A DNA stretch of 64,000 nt, taken from contig OZ024762.1 in NCBI GenBank assembly GCA_964016885.1, forward strand, positions 24,552,001-24,616,000. Direction: 5' to 3'. Positions 1-12,057 of the stretch are shown in pieces. The notes under the pieces were generated by a model. That model had not been told where the DNA came from. It made no database searches and was given only the letters and a program-made list of their open reading frames with translations. Positions within the stretch are counted from its first letter, which is position 1. Every line of letters starts with the position of its first letter. The translations under genes were made by a program, and so were the position numbers. The DNA comes from Eledone cirrhosa (taxonomy: Eukaryota).

Positions 1-209
1 TTCTGGCCAGATTCAGCCAGTTTAAATGCTAAAGATGACAATGATGATACTCTGCTTCAGAACTGACATGGTCTCTGTAGACATGTCGAACCCATGCTAG
101 CAGGGAAAATCGACATTAAGCCATGATGATGATGATAATGATATATATCGACCATCTGCATTATGTAATTATTCGGATATCATTATTCTCATTATCATCT
201 AATGCCACA

Positions 210-640
210 AGGGTGGTGGATTGGCAGTATCGGTAGAGGGTCTGACTCCATGGGTGGGGGATTGGCAGTATCGGTAGAGGGTCTGACTTCATGAGTGGGG
301 GATTGGCAGTATCGGTAGAGGGTCTGACTCCATGGGTGGGGGATTGGCAGTATCGGTAGAGGGTCTGACACCATGGGTGGGGGATTGGCAGTATCGGTAG
401 AGGGTCTGACACCATGGGTGGGGGATTGGCAGTATCGGTAGAGGGTCTGACACCATGGGTGGGGGATTGGCAGTATCGGTAGAGGGTCTGACACCAGGCT
501 TTGCAAGCAAAGAGTTACAGTCCTTTATGATCTGAGTTCAAATCCCCTCGAGGTTCACTTTCATCCTTATGGGGTCGATAAAATAAAGTACCGGTAATAC
601 ACTGGGATAATTTCTGGCCTTGTGCCAAAAGTTAAAATAA
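210..640 (+). mobile_element. tRNA-derived SINE (family A) with 7 tandem 41-bp copies of its head
   Basis: Unit catgggtgggggattggcagtatcggtagagggtctgacac (210-496), then B-box gagttcaaatcc and body catccttatggggtcgataaaataaagtacc. Confidence 0.85.
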
Positions 641-1584
641 TTATCATCTTATGCCACATTTTAAAGTTAAACATATTAGAATATATAAAAAAAAACATAA
701 TGAGCCAGTTTGGGAATTTCCCCATGGGGAGAGGGGCAGGGTCACTCTTATTATTTTAGATGTTTCTTTGTTTTTATCTGCTCTCTCCCCTGATTTAAGC
801 CCCTCCCCTCTGTCCCAAGCCCCTCTGCCTCAAGCCCCTCCACTCATCTTAGAGCTCTCTTCTCCCTGCCGCATTATGTATTTGTGGTGGTGGTGGTGGT
901 GGTGCTTGTGGTAGTATTGGTGGTGGTGGTGGTGTTGGTGATGTTGGTGGTGCTGAAGTGTATGTAGTCTTATCAAAGTTTACAAACACACCTCCTCCTC
1001 TACCTACTTCTCTTAAATTTGTTTTTGTTGTTGTTGCTGTTACCCCACCCCCCTCCCCATGGATTCGTCTGTCTGTCTGTTTGTCTGTTTATCTGGAAGG
1101 TTTTTTTTATTTTTTTTTATTTTTTTTTTACTCTTTACCCCAACTTTGTAATATTCCCTATTTCTGAGTTGTCAACTGTGTTTATGTGTGTGTATGTACA
1201 TGTGTATGCACATATATATATATGTGTCATACTTGCACACATGGCTAAATATGTTCGTCTGTAACTAGATAGGTGTGTGTGTGTGTGTGTGTATATATAC
1301 ATATATATGATATATATGATATATATATATTATATTATATATATATATATTTTGCTGGCTCGTGTTGCTTGCATCTAGAAACTACACATTGACCACTTTA
1401 TTTGTTAACCTTTCCTTCTTACTTGTGGCTTTTTATTCCAGTAACTCTCTCCCACTGCTACTTTCTCTCTTACTCTTACTCTCCACAACACTACAACTTT
1501 ACACACTGCCCGCCCACCCATCCCTTGCAGTCACATACATGCACATACTTCACTGACCTACAAACACTCCATGCATTCACATAG

Positions 1585-1930
1585 TAAAAACCCCTTCGGT
1601 CTCGAATGACCATGGAGATTTGCACTGAGAAAGTTCCCTGCCGAGGCACAAGTCCTGGCAAGGTGCAAGGTTGTTTGCGGAAGACTAGCTTCGCCTAGTC
1701 ATACCAGTCTCCCCTCTCCACACCACTGCTGTTGTCCAAGGGAAAGCAATGGTTGATACAGCTTGGCACCAGTGACATCACAACTCATTTCTACAGCTGA
1801 GTAAAGTGTGGAGCAACATCGAATAAAGTGTCTTGCTCAAGAACACAACGCAAAGCTTGGTCCGAGAATAGAACTCACAACCTCAGGATTTTAAGCCCGA
1901 TTCTCTAACCATTAAGCCACGTGCCTTCAC
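1585..1930 (-). mobile_element. SINE family B-related element with a different tail
   Basis: gtgtcttgctcaagaacac...gaactcacaacc...ctaaccattaagccacgtgcct. A second fragment lies at 2025-2142. Confidence 0.75.
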
Positions 1931-2367
1931 ATACACATAGATACATCAATACACACATACACAGACATACACATAATTACACATAAACACACACATAGAT
2001 TGCTCTGATTTCACCCATCTTGTAGGCCTGGAGCAATATGAAATGAAGTGTCTTGCTCAAAGTCATAACATCCTGCTAAAAATCAAAATCACGACCAAAC
2101 AATTTTGAGACCAGCACCCTAACCACTAGAATGCAGGCCTTCACACATAAACACCCAGTCACACACCCACACAGAGAGACAACCCCACATATAAACACAC
2201 ATACATATACACACACTCACACCCAGTGCTGGATTTAGGACAAATGAGGCCCTGTGCTAGTTAAGTTTTGGTGCCCCTTACTTGGGCCCTGGAAGAGGTA
2301 AAACATTCTTTTGGCTGGCTGATGAGGCCCCTTCCTGGCCAACTGGTACCTGTGCTGAAGCACTTAG

Positions 2368-2564
2368 CTCTTTAGCATTTACATTACTCTATATATACTA
2401 TTATATTTTCATGGTAAACATTATCTCACATAATATTGAATCTATGAGATTTTGATATTATTTATTTTGAGAACAATACCTTAACATCAGTATGAGTGGC
2501 CAGTTACGACATGATTGAACAGGAATTCTGGCCAGATACGGCCCCTTTAAATGCTAAAGTGTTA
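2368..2564 (+). mobile_element. piggyBac-type MITE copy nested in an older hAT-like MITE (2224-2590)
   Basis: tttagcatttacattactctat...tttaaatgctaaagtgttaa, with the same internal sequence as 56600. Confidence 0.75.
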
Positions 2565-3115
2565 AGCACAACGACAAATCTGGTACTACTGACACCACAG
2601 GCACCTATAACTGCTGAAGGCCCTGATATAAATGGAAACTAAGTTATTCCAAACCAACCCTATCAATGAAACCAATCAAATATCCTCTCCTGATACCAAT
2701 AGTCTGCCTGACTTAGGAAATAAGACCACACCAGACATAAATTGTAACTAATTACAGCATTCAGAACTCTCATATATACACATATATACACCAGGTCCAA
2801 ACACAAAGGAGCCAAACTCCCACTGTCACTGCCTCTGTCTCTCCTGCTCTCCACATCTCTCACTATTGTGAGCAAATGTGGGCCCATGTGCTGGCCACCC
2901 CATAGCCACGGTGGACAGAATAGAGAAGGCGTTTCCACGGAGGATGATGAGGAAGATGCACTGGAAGAGCCATTCCAACTCTCGGGTCTCACACCTGCAG
3001 GTAGCCAACTCTGTGCCGATGGTGGAGAGTAGCGAGGTGGCACTGTATTTAGAACTAGTCCCCCAAAACAAATCCCAGCATAACAAAAGCCAAACCTCTG
3101 CTAATTACTGGTATG

Positions 3116-3161
<46 letters not shown>

Positions 3162-3309
3162 ATATGTGGCTGATGGCTGAGAGAAAGAAGTACTCAATAC
3201 GTTAGTAGAGTATAGGCATATTTGTTTTATTATAGAAATGACTTCTACAGGACTAGAACTATTTAATTTGTGAGAAATCATCAAAAAAATACTATATATA
3301 TATATACAC

Positions 3310-3342
<33 letters not shown>

Positions 3343-3633
3343 TATATATATATATATATATGTGTATATATATAAGGCAGTAAATTGGTAGTCGCTAAGA
3401 CATTGGATAGAATGTTTATAGTATTCGGCCCACCTCATTGTGCGCTCTGAGTTCAAACCCCCGCCGTGGGCAACCTTGCCTTGCATTCTTTTGAAGTTGA
3501 TAAAAAAGTACCAGTCCAGTACTGGGGTCAATTCTTCCTCTATAGAAAAAAATCAGCTGTGTTCAGACTTGGGTAGGGTCGTGCTCTGCCAGGTTTAAGA
3601 TACCCCAGACGTGCTGTTTGACAGTGCCTCTAC

Positions 3634-3792
3634 CAGGGCCGTCTTAACAGCATTATAGGGCCCCGGGCAAAGCAGAGCACTGGGGCCCCTACCTACACAA
3701 CCACTCACAGGAATAAAAATACAAATGGGCCTCCCATCCTCGTGGGGCCCCCGGGCAACTGCCCAGCGTGCCCATGCGTTAAGACGGCTCTG
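3634..3792. mobile_element. hAT-type MITE
   Basis: TIRs cagggccgtcttaac / gttaagacggctctg. 8-bp TSD gcctctac at 3626-33 and 3793-3800. Confidence 0.85.
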
Positions 3793-4043
3793 GCCTCTAC
3801 GACTCCAGGAGTTATTGGATCTTTATCCTTTTTTATATATATATATACAATATATAAATAAATGGAAACTATATTTATAAAACCATATTTATTTTATTAT
3901 ATATATTTCAAGGGCAACCAAGGCAAATTATGGTGCGCTTTCATCAGATAAAATACAGATTGGTTTTATAAATAAATATTGACATTCCCGGAAAAGACAA
4001 AATGTTTAAGCTTGTTGAATCCCAACAAATTAAATATAACCTC

Positions 4044-4078
<35 letters not shown>

Positions 4079-4839
4079 TAAAAATTGTCTATAGAATCAC
4101 CAGATAAAATATATACCGTTTCCTCTCCCAATTAGCATAATTAACCATATAAAAAATTGATTAGACCAAGCTGTAAGAATAAAGGCTTCTATGGGCCATA
4201 AAGTGACCCGTTGCAAAACACACACATATATATATATATATATATATGTAAACCTTTATATATATATATATACGTAGAATATGGTGGCTGTGTAGTTGCC
4301 AGTTAAGTTAGGCTTAACAATGGAATGAGAATAAGAAGAAAGCAAGAAGGGGGAAGTTTTCCTTGTCAGTTATATATATATATATCATTTGTTTTTGAAT
4401 TTGTTTTGCAAGATTTCTAATCTGAAAACCTGTGTTGAACAGATATTGGTATACTTTGGGAGGGTCATGTTGCCATTAAAAACACACTCACCTGTTGGTT
4501 TTCACTTCAATTTATTATATATTTATATATATGTGTGTTTTTTTATTATCAGGAAAGTAACTTCCTTATGATTTTTTTGTGATTTCTGAAGACTGAAACA
4601 GTTGTTGTCCTGTAGAAGCCATTTCTATTATAAAATAAATAAACATACATACATATGAAAACACAAAACTGACACAAAACCAAATGCATTTTGTACATAC
4701 CAGTGTGGTATTCCTGCCCAAAAGAAATTACTATTTTCATATTTATGAATTAAACATTTTTTTTTACCTTTTTTTGAGTGCATAATTGCATGTGTTCGTA
4801 AAAATTCACACTGCAATTAAATTGATTCTTGTTTTACAA

Positions 4840-5187
4840 CATATATATATATGTATATGTATATGTATATATGTGTATGTATACACATATACATATGTGT
4901 GCACATATATGCGTGTATATATATGTATATATGTATATGTGTATATATATGTGTGTGTATATATATATGTTTATGTGTATATATATATGTGTGTGTGTAT
5001 GTGTATATATATATGTATATGTGTATATATATGTATATGTGTATATATATATATGTATATGTATATGTGTATATATGTACATGTATATGCGTATATATAT
5101 ATATATATGTATATGTGTATATATATATATATATATGTGTATATATATATATGTATGTATATATATATGTGTATATATATATATGTA

Positions 5188-5240
<53 letters not shown>

Positions 5241-5243
5241 ATG

Positions 5244-5274
<31 letters not shown>

Positions 5275-5348
5275 GTATATATGCATACATATATATATAT
5301 GCATATGCATATATATCTATATATATGTGTGTGTGTGTGTGCATATGC

Positions 5349-5383
<35 letters not shown>

Positions 5384-5417
5384 CATATACATATACATAT
5401 ATGTATATGTATGCATA
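4840..5417. repeat. Compound (TA)/(TG) microsatellite
   Basis: Direct inspection. Confidence 0.95.
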
Positions 5418-5684
5418 TTTTTTTCTACTATTTTGTCTTTTTTCTTTTAATTTTAATTTGAGAAATTTTCTTTATTTAATTTAATATTTCTATAAAAACT
5501 GAAAAGCTTACATTTCTTTATTTAAAAACATATTTCTATTTTAATTTGCATCAATGCTAGGTTTCAGTTTTATCTGTGTATTTATATATATATTTATTTA
5601 TTTACATTTTTTATATATAATTGTCTTTCTTTTATTTGAATGAATATGTAGTCAATGTTTTAGTAGTGTTACCAATTATATTAC

Positions 5685-5739
<55 letters not shown>

Positions 5740-5935
5740 ATTTGTCTCTACTTATGGCACAATGCCAGCAATTACCCCAGTGCATTAAGGCAAAGTCCTG
5801 CCGAGGTTAACTTTGCCTTTCATCCTTTCGGGATCTATAAAATAAAGTACCAGTAATGCACTGAGGTAATTGCTGGCCTTGTACCAAAAGTAGAAACAGT
5901 TATTATCATTATTATTACTATTATTATCATTATTA

Positions 5936-5990
<55 letters not shown>

Positions 5991-7263
5991 TACTACTATT
6001 ATGACTTACTATTAGCAGTAGTAGTAGTAGTAGTAGTAGTAGTATATTTACTTCATATTCATCTACTCTAATTATATAATTATTGTTTTAATAACTATCC
6101 TAAGTTATATTATTAAAAATATAGTGCGTAGTCAGGAGTTTTACTGCTGTTAATTATTATTCTTCTCATCCATATTGTTACGATGATGATATGCTTGTCC
6201 TAGATTCATTGGTGTTAAACTACTGAATGTATTACAAGTCTCCTCCACTGGATAGAATGCTAGTCCATCACAGGGTTAACTCCCAGCTGCTGCCAGTATC
6301 GGTTTTCAGCTGAGTTCACTAATTAATCAACTTCCCTCAAAACTGTTATAGTCTCTTACCATGGGTTTCAATTCTTTGTCATGCCCATACTATCGGAGCT
6401 GTGGTCACTCAATTCTGAGAAGTAGTGGCTCTACCTGGAGCAACTCTCTGATCTCAGAGCTACAAATCTGTCCAGTGATTCTTCCTTGAGACATTCTAAC
6501 CACATGCCCATAGTATTGGAACTGTCATCTCTCAATTCGGAGAAGTAGTGGCTCTTTCTAGAGTGACTCTCTGATCTCTGTGTTACACACTTTATCGAAT
6601 AACATTAGTCCAAAGAATCTTCAAAGGAATCCCATTTCGGCCTGCAAATTAATGAATTAAGAAAGATAACCAACCTGGACAAAATTATCTTTCGGTCTTC
6701 TGAAAGAAAAGCCATCCATTTTGGAATCCTATTTGAATTAAAATCTTCCAACGTAATTTTAAAGAACCATCTTAGGTAACAAACTAATTAATAATTTTAG
6801 TAAATCCCTCAAAATTCTTCATTAACCTCTTCAGTGTCATAGACGAGATAATTTGTTCTAACATATTTGAACTCTTTTCCAACAGTTCATAACTTCAAAG
6901 CTAGATATGTATTGTTAATAAATATTTCTTTAAAAATATAGTCATTTTACAGGGGAGGAAAAAAAAACCCCCACCACAGCAACTGTAGCTGTGTAAAATA
7001 TATGCAGCAGTAAGCAGGTTAATTAATTGAAATAAATTATTTCAGTAGATATATAGTCATGAAATGGCAAAATAGAACCAGGTATATGAAAAAATATATT
7101 TTCACAACTACACTCAGTTTTATTGAGTGTTATGGTTCGTGATTCCAGGCATAACTTTATGTATTGAAATTAGTTCTTTTCACTTACATACACTTAAATG
7201 GCAGTATTATTTAATATTAATAACTGATATTGTGCATAGCATATACAAAATTCATTATTATTA

Positions 7264-7298
<35 letters not shown>

Positions 7299-7567
7299 TA
7301 TCATTACTGCTACTACTCCTACTACTTCTACTACTATAACTACTACTACTGTTTATATATATATTTTATATATATATGTATATATATATATACATATACA
7401 ATATATATATATATATATTTTATATGTATATAAGTATGTATACATATATGTATATATATATATATACATATTTATATATATATATTAGATAAAAAAAAGC
7501 AATTTTTTTTCCTACTTCTGGTGGCTATAGCTAAACATTGTGGCTAATGATCTCTTGTTCGAGGTTG

Positions 7568-7742
7568 TGCATGGGTTACAATATTTTTGCTGCTCTGCCT
7601 GCATGTAGTGGGTTTGTTTGGTTACCCATCAGTTGCATGTCTTACAGGTATGGCAGGGAGTATGCGGCAGACCCCTATTTGGGACACAGTATTGGACCAG
7701 TCACCGGATATGGGGTAGGTCTTCCGTTTCAATCCCAGCATG
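7568..7742 (+). promoter_or_regulatory. Cluster of RBFOX-binding (U)GCAUG elements around the 67-nt exon
   Basis: TGCATG at 7568, 7600 and 7634 (the last ends 6 nt before the acceptor AG), and GCATG at 7738 downstream of the donor. Confidence 0.7.
7648..7714 (+). CDS. RBFOX: RBFOX (Fox-1/A2BP1) family RNA-binding protein, penultimate coding exon (67 nt, phase 2 to phase 0)
   Basis: cttacAG|G TAT GGC AGG GAG TAT GCG GCA GAC CCC TAT TTG GGA CAC AGT ATT GGA CCA GTC ACC GGA TAT GGG|GTaggt = YGREYAADPYLGHSIGPVTGYG. Matches the recalled Fox-1 C-terminal motif (YGRxYAADPY...YG), has canonical splice sites and joins 22941 in frame. Confidence 0.92.
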
Positions 7743-8111
7743 CTTGTGTGTGCCTTGTCTCTTTATCACTATTACTTTTTTGTATGTATATATGTATGTA
7801 TATGTATATATATATATATATATATGTATATATTGGATGTTTTGTCTACATATATATATAATATATAAATATATATATATATAATTTATATATATAAATA
7901 TATATATATATAATTTATATATATAAATATATATATATATAATTTATATATATAAATATATATTTATATAATTTATATATATATAATTTATATATTCATA
8001 TATATCTATCAATATATTTATATATATAATATATATATATACATACATATATATACATATGTCTACATATACATATGTATATACATACATATATATATAC
8101 ACATACATATA

Positions 8112-8172
<61 letters not shown>

Positions 8173-8362
8173 TATTTTCTGCTAGATTTAAAATATTGTA
8201 GATGTTGTGTTTTAAAGTTTGCTTGCTGCCAGCCCATAGCCTAAAAGATTTTACACATATTTTGGGTGCTTTTTTCGGAAAGGCATTTAACGTTTTTTTT
8301 AACAAAAAAAGCAAAATAAAAGGAAAAAAGAAAAAGGAGAAAAATGGCAAAATGGCCTAAAA

Positions 8363-8413
<51 letters not shown>

Positions 8414-9412
8414 GTAATGTTTAATTTTTTTTCTTTTCACATTATTGTTGCAATGAATGACCTGATTATTTTCTTATTTGTTTATCACCACTATCATCAT
8501 CATCATCATCATCATCAACATCATTATCAACATCATCATCATTGCCAACTTCAACTTTATCATAAACAAATTACTTTCCAAATTTATCCTGAGAACATTG
8601 TTTTTTTTTGTTTTTTTTCTGTGTGTCACTGTCACTCTCTCCCTCCCTTTCTCCCCACTTTCTCCTTTTATTCACTCTCTCTCTCTCTCAGATCCTTATT
8701 TTTCTCTCTCTCATATTTCTGGCACGTTTGTTTAAATGTTCAAATATTAAACTAAAACATATATATCTTACAAAATAAATATGAATTATAATTTTCCTTT
8801 TTTTCAAATTTATTTTGTTTGTTAATTAAATTACATTAACAGTGAATTATGTTAAAATTATTTTTTTTCCCTTCAAAATTTCCATAATTAAAATTAAACT
8901 TAATCATTCACTTACAATAGTATAGGCACAAGGCCTGCAATTTAAGGAGAGGGGAATGTCCATTCTATTGACCTTAGTATTTGACATGTAGAGGCAAGTG
9001 ATCTAGTGTTAAGGGTGTTGGAATTATGACCGTAATGTCGTGGGTTCGATCCATTGAGATTTAGAGACAGTGGCTTCTGATTAGACCCTTCAAGAGGGTC
9101 ATATCAAAAGGAATATATGTATGTATATCTGTATATATATATATATATATATAAATCAAAATATAGAAATTATTGTGAGCAAGAAGCCAACAGTATTTCA
9201 TAATATATAAGTGACTATATATATATTTGGTCACCGATCTGTCCAGTTCATTTGTCTACCAGCATATCAGGAAAAAATTATATATTTTCTATATATTTTG
9301 TCTGAAGAGGACATGTTTTGCTTTATGTTATACATAAAACTTTACATCTTCGAAATATATATGTTGAAATAAATAGAGATGATATAAAGTATATATCTTC
9401 CGTTTATTATTG

Positions 9413-9475
<63 letters not shown>

Positions 9476-9730
9476 TGAAGAAAAGACAGAGTAGAGAAAT
9501 AATTATGATATAATATATTAGATGCCTACAGCTGAAGTGATGTGTGCTCAATGCTTAATGATGCAATGTTAAATATTATAGAAAGGTTAATATTTAATGA
9601 GAGTTAAGTACAGAAGGTAAACAGAACAGATATAAGCAAAATAAATGGAGGAGAAGGCAATACATTTAAAAACGAAATTTACTCCTTACAGTGTTTCATC
9701 TATGGCATAATATTATACTTTAGATGAAAC

Positions 9731-9775
<45 letters not shown>

Positions 9776-9781
9776 CGTTAG

Positions 9782-10168
9782 GTAATTCCAAAGAAAAAGC
9801 AAAGGAAAAAAGAGTGCTCTATGTATAGAACAGAGCTATTTAATTAGAAAGTGAACAGATTTTAAATCTCATTTCATATTTTCTATTCATAACATCTCTG
9901 TCTGATGAATGATCCAGGCATATATTATTATTGTCTGGGATCCAGAAACCTTTGGTAATGGAGTAGTTATATTTTGTGTTGTTCACTTTCTAACTAAATA
10001 TATATATATGTATTACCGTCGGAAAGGTACAGGAAAAAAGAGTGCTCTATGTAGGCTACAGAGCTTATTAGTTATGTAATAAACAACATAAGATAATTAT
10101 TTCATTCACCAGTGGTTTCTTGAAGGCAGATGTTATGTCTGTCTTCAGTTGTCAGAATGAATAAATAA
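9782..10168. mobile_element. Two decayed copies of the same HHR-bearing family
   Basis: ggaaaaaagagtgctctatgta occurs twice. + strand: CTGATGA(9902)...GAAA(9945)CCTTTGGTA. - strand: catt CTGACAA...GAAA CCACTGG TG aatg (10100-10160, mutated core). Confidence 0.6.
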
Positions 10169-11648
10169 CCGCCCATGTTTTTCGTGGTCTACCTCTACCA
10201 CGTCTTCCTTCAACTGGCATTTCCTGGCACTTCTTCACCCATCTGTAATCCTCCATGTGCATCACATGTCCATATCACCTCAGTCTCCTCTCCCGTACAC
10301 TATCCCTCTCAGACACAGTTTCTCTCTCAATACATTTATGCTGGGTCGTTCACGCACATTTACACTGCACATCCAATGGAGCATGCTTGCCTCATTTCTC
10401 TCCAGTCGTCGCATATCCTCTGCAGTTGCTGCCCATGTCTCACTACCATGCAGCATCGCGCTCCTCACACAGGCATCATACAACCGGCCTTTCGTACGCA
10501 GGGAGAAACCCTTCTTCGTCAGCAGAGGAAGCAGCTCCCTAAACTTCTTCCAACCCGTCCTTATTCTAGATACTATGGCCTTGGAACACCCTCCTCCCAT
10601 GCTAATCTGATCTCCTAGGTACCGGAAGCTATCCACCACTTCTATAGCGCCCTCCTGTTTGAAAAATGTGTCTATCAATGCGACTTCTACTGTCTAATTT
10701 CCCTGTATATCTACTGCATACATATTTCTCCCTACCTGTTAGTTTGCCTGCTATCCCGCTACATCTCTTGTGTACCCAGGATCTGCATTGTGTGTATTTT
10801 ATAGAATTTATGCCAGTTCCTTTTCTGCATATCGAACATGGCCATTTCCCTGACGGAATCAGGGTTTTGTCCTCTTTTCTACTCATCAACACTTTTGTCT
10901 TAGCTAGGTTCACTCTCAGTCCTCTTACTTCCAACTGCTGTTTTCCATAGCCAGAATTTATTCTCTAGCTCCTCTACTTATTCTGCTATAAGAACCAGAT
11001 CGTCAGCATAGAGAAGTTCCCATGGACAGCCAGTCTTAAACTCCTCTGTTATGGCTTGGAGGACTATAATGAACAAGAGCGGGCTGAGGACCGAACCTTG
11101 ATGTACTCCTACTTCTGTCCTCACAAGCCATTCCTCAACACCTAGCTTCCTTAGGGACCACCAAATGACAGATCAGGCTACCCTATCACAGGCCTTCTCT
11201 AGGTCAACAAAGTCTAAGTATAGTGGCTTATTTTTTTCTAAGAACCTCTCTTGCAATTGTCTCACCAAGAAGAGGGCATCTGTTGTACTCTTCCCAGCCA
11301 CAAAACCAAACTGCATCTCATCTAGTTTGACCCTTTCTCTAATTAGTTGTGCTAATATCCTTTCTGCCACTTTCATAACTTGATCCATCAGTTTTATACC
11401 CCTATAATTGCTCCTCTCCAGAGCATCCCCTTTACCTTTGTAGCAATTTATGAGAATACTGCTGCACCAATCTTTGGGTATGACACCACCATATATAGCC
11501 TGATTGATGATGCGTGCAACCAGTTTAGTGCCTACGTCCCCTGATGCCTTCAGCATCTCAGCAACTATTCTCGATGGTCCAGCAGCCTTACAATTTTTCA
11601 TTTCCTTAATCGCCTCTTGGACCCTATATTCGTCAATCTCAATAGCTG
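10168..11648 (-). pseudogene. 5'-truncated, frameshifted RTE-clade LINE (reverse transcriptase fragment)
   Basis: ORF pieces KAAGPSRIVAEML, NYRGIKL, QFGFVAGKSTTDALF, FVDLEKACDRV, ELLYADDL (YADD 10999-11010), GLRVNLAKTKV, FRYLGD, MLHGSETW. Contains stops, frameshifts and an internal deletion. Confidence 0.92.
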
Positions 11649-12001
11649 TATACATATGTATACTTATTCAAAACTCAGAAATATTTATATATATATATAT
11701 ATATGTGTATGTATATAAATATTTATATATATATATGTGTGTGTGTGTGTGTATATATATGAGGGTGAGTCGATGTAGGCTTATTAAATGTTTAGTTTAT
11801 GCTTTATTTGTAGTCATAAATTTTAAAATATATATTCTACTAGGGAATTATAATTTTTTCTTCATTATTCATATTTATATACACGATACTCAATTTAAAA
11901 TATATACGTTACATTTTACTATTAAAACTTTCTTCTGACATATATTATTTTTTTTTTATCTATATATGTATGCAGGTATATATATATATATATATATATA
12001 C

Positions 12002-12057
<56 letters not shown>

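Noticed and set aside
161-510. Repetitive ORFs and a CRISPR-like look of the 41-bp array
   Set aside because: Units are contiguous with no unique spacers and derive from a SINE head. The context is eukaryotic with no cas genes.
7538-7861. 107-aa ORF as a standalone gene
   Set aside because: Only 7648-7714 is RBFOX-like and bounded by splice sites. The rest is intron and microsatellite.
9295-9375. CTGAAGAG...CGAAATATATA hammerhead-like motif (similar partial motifs at 20864 and 51335-51365)
   Set aside because: Stem I does not pair next to the core, or GAAA/stem II is missing. At most a decayed relic, so not called.
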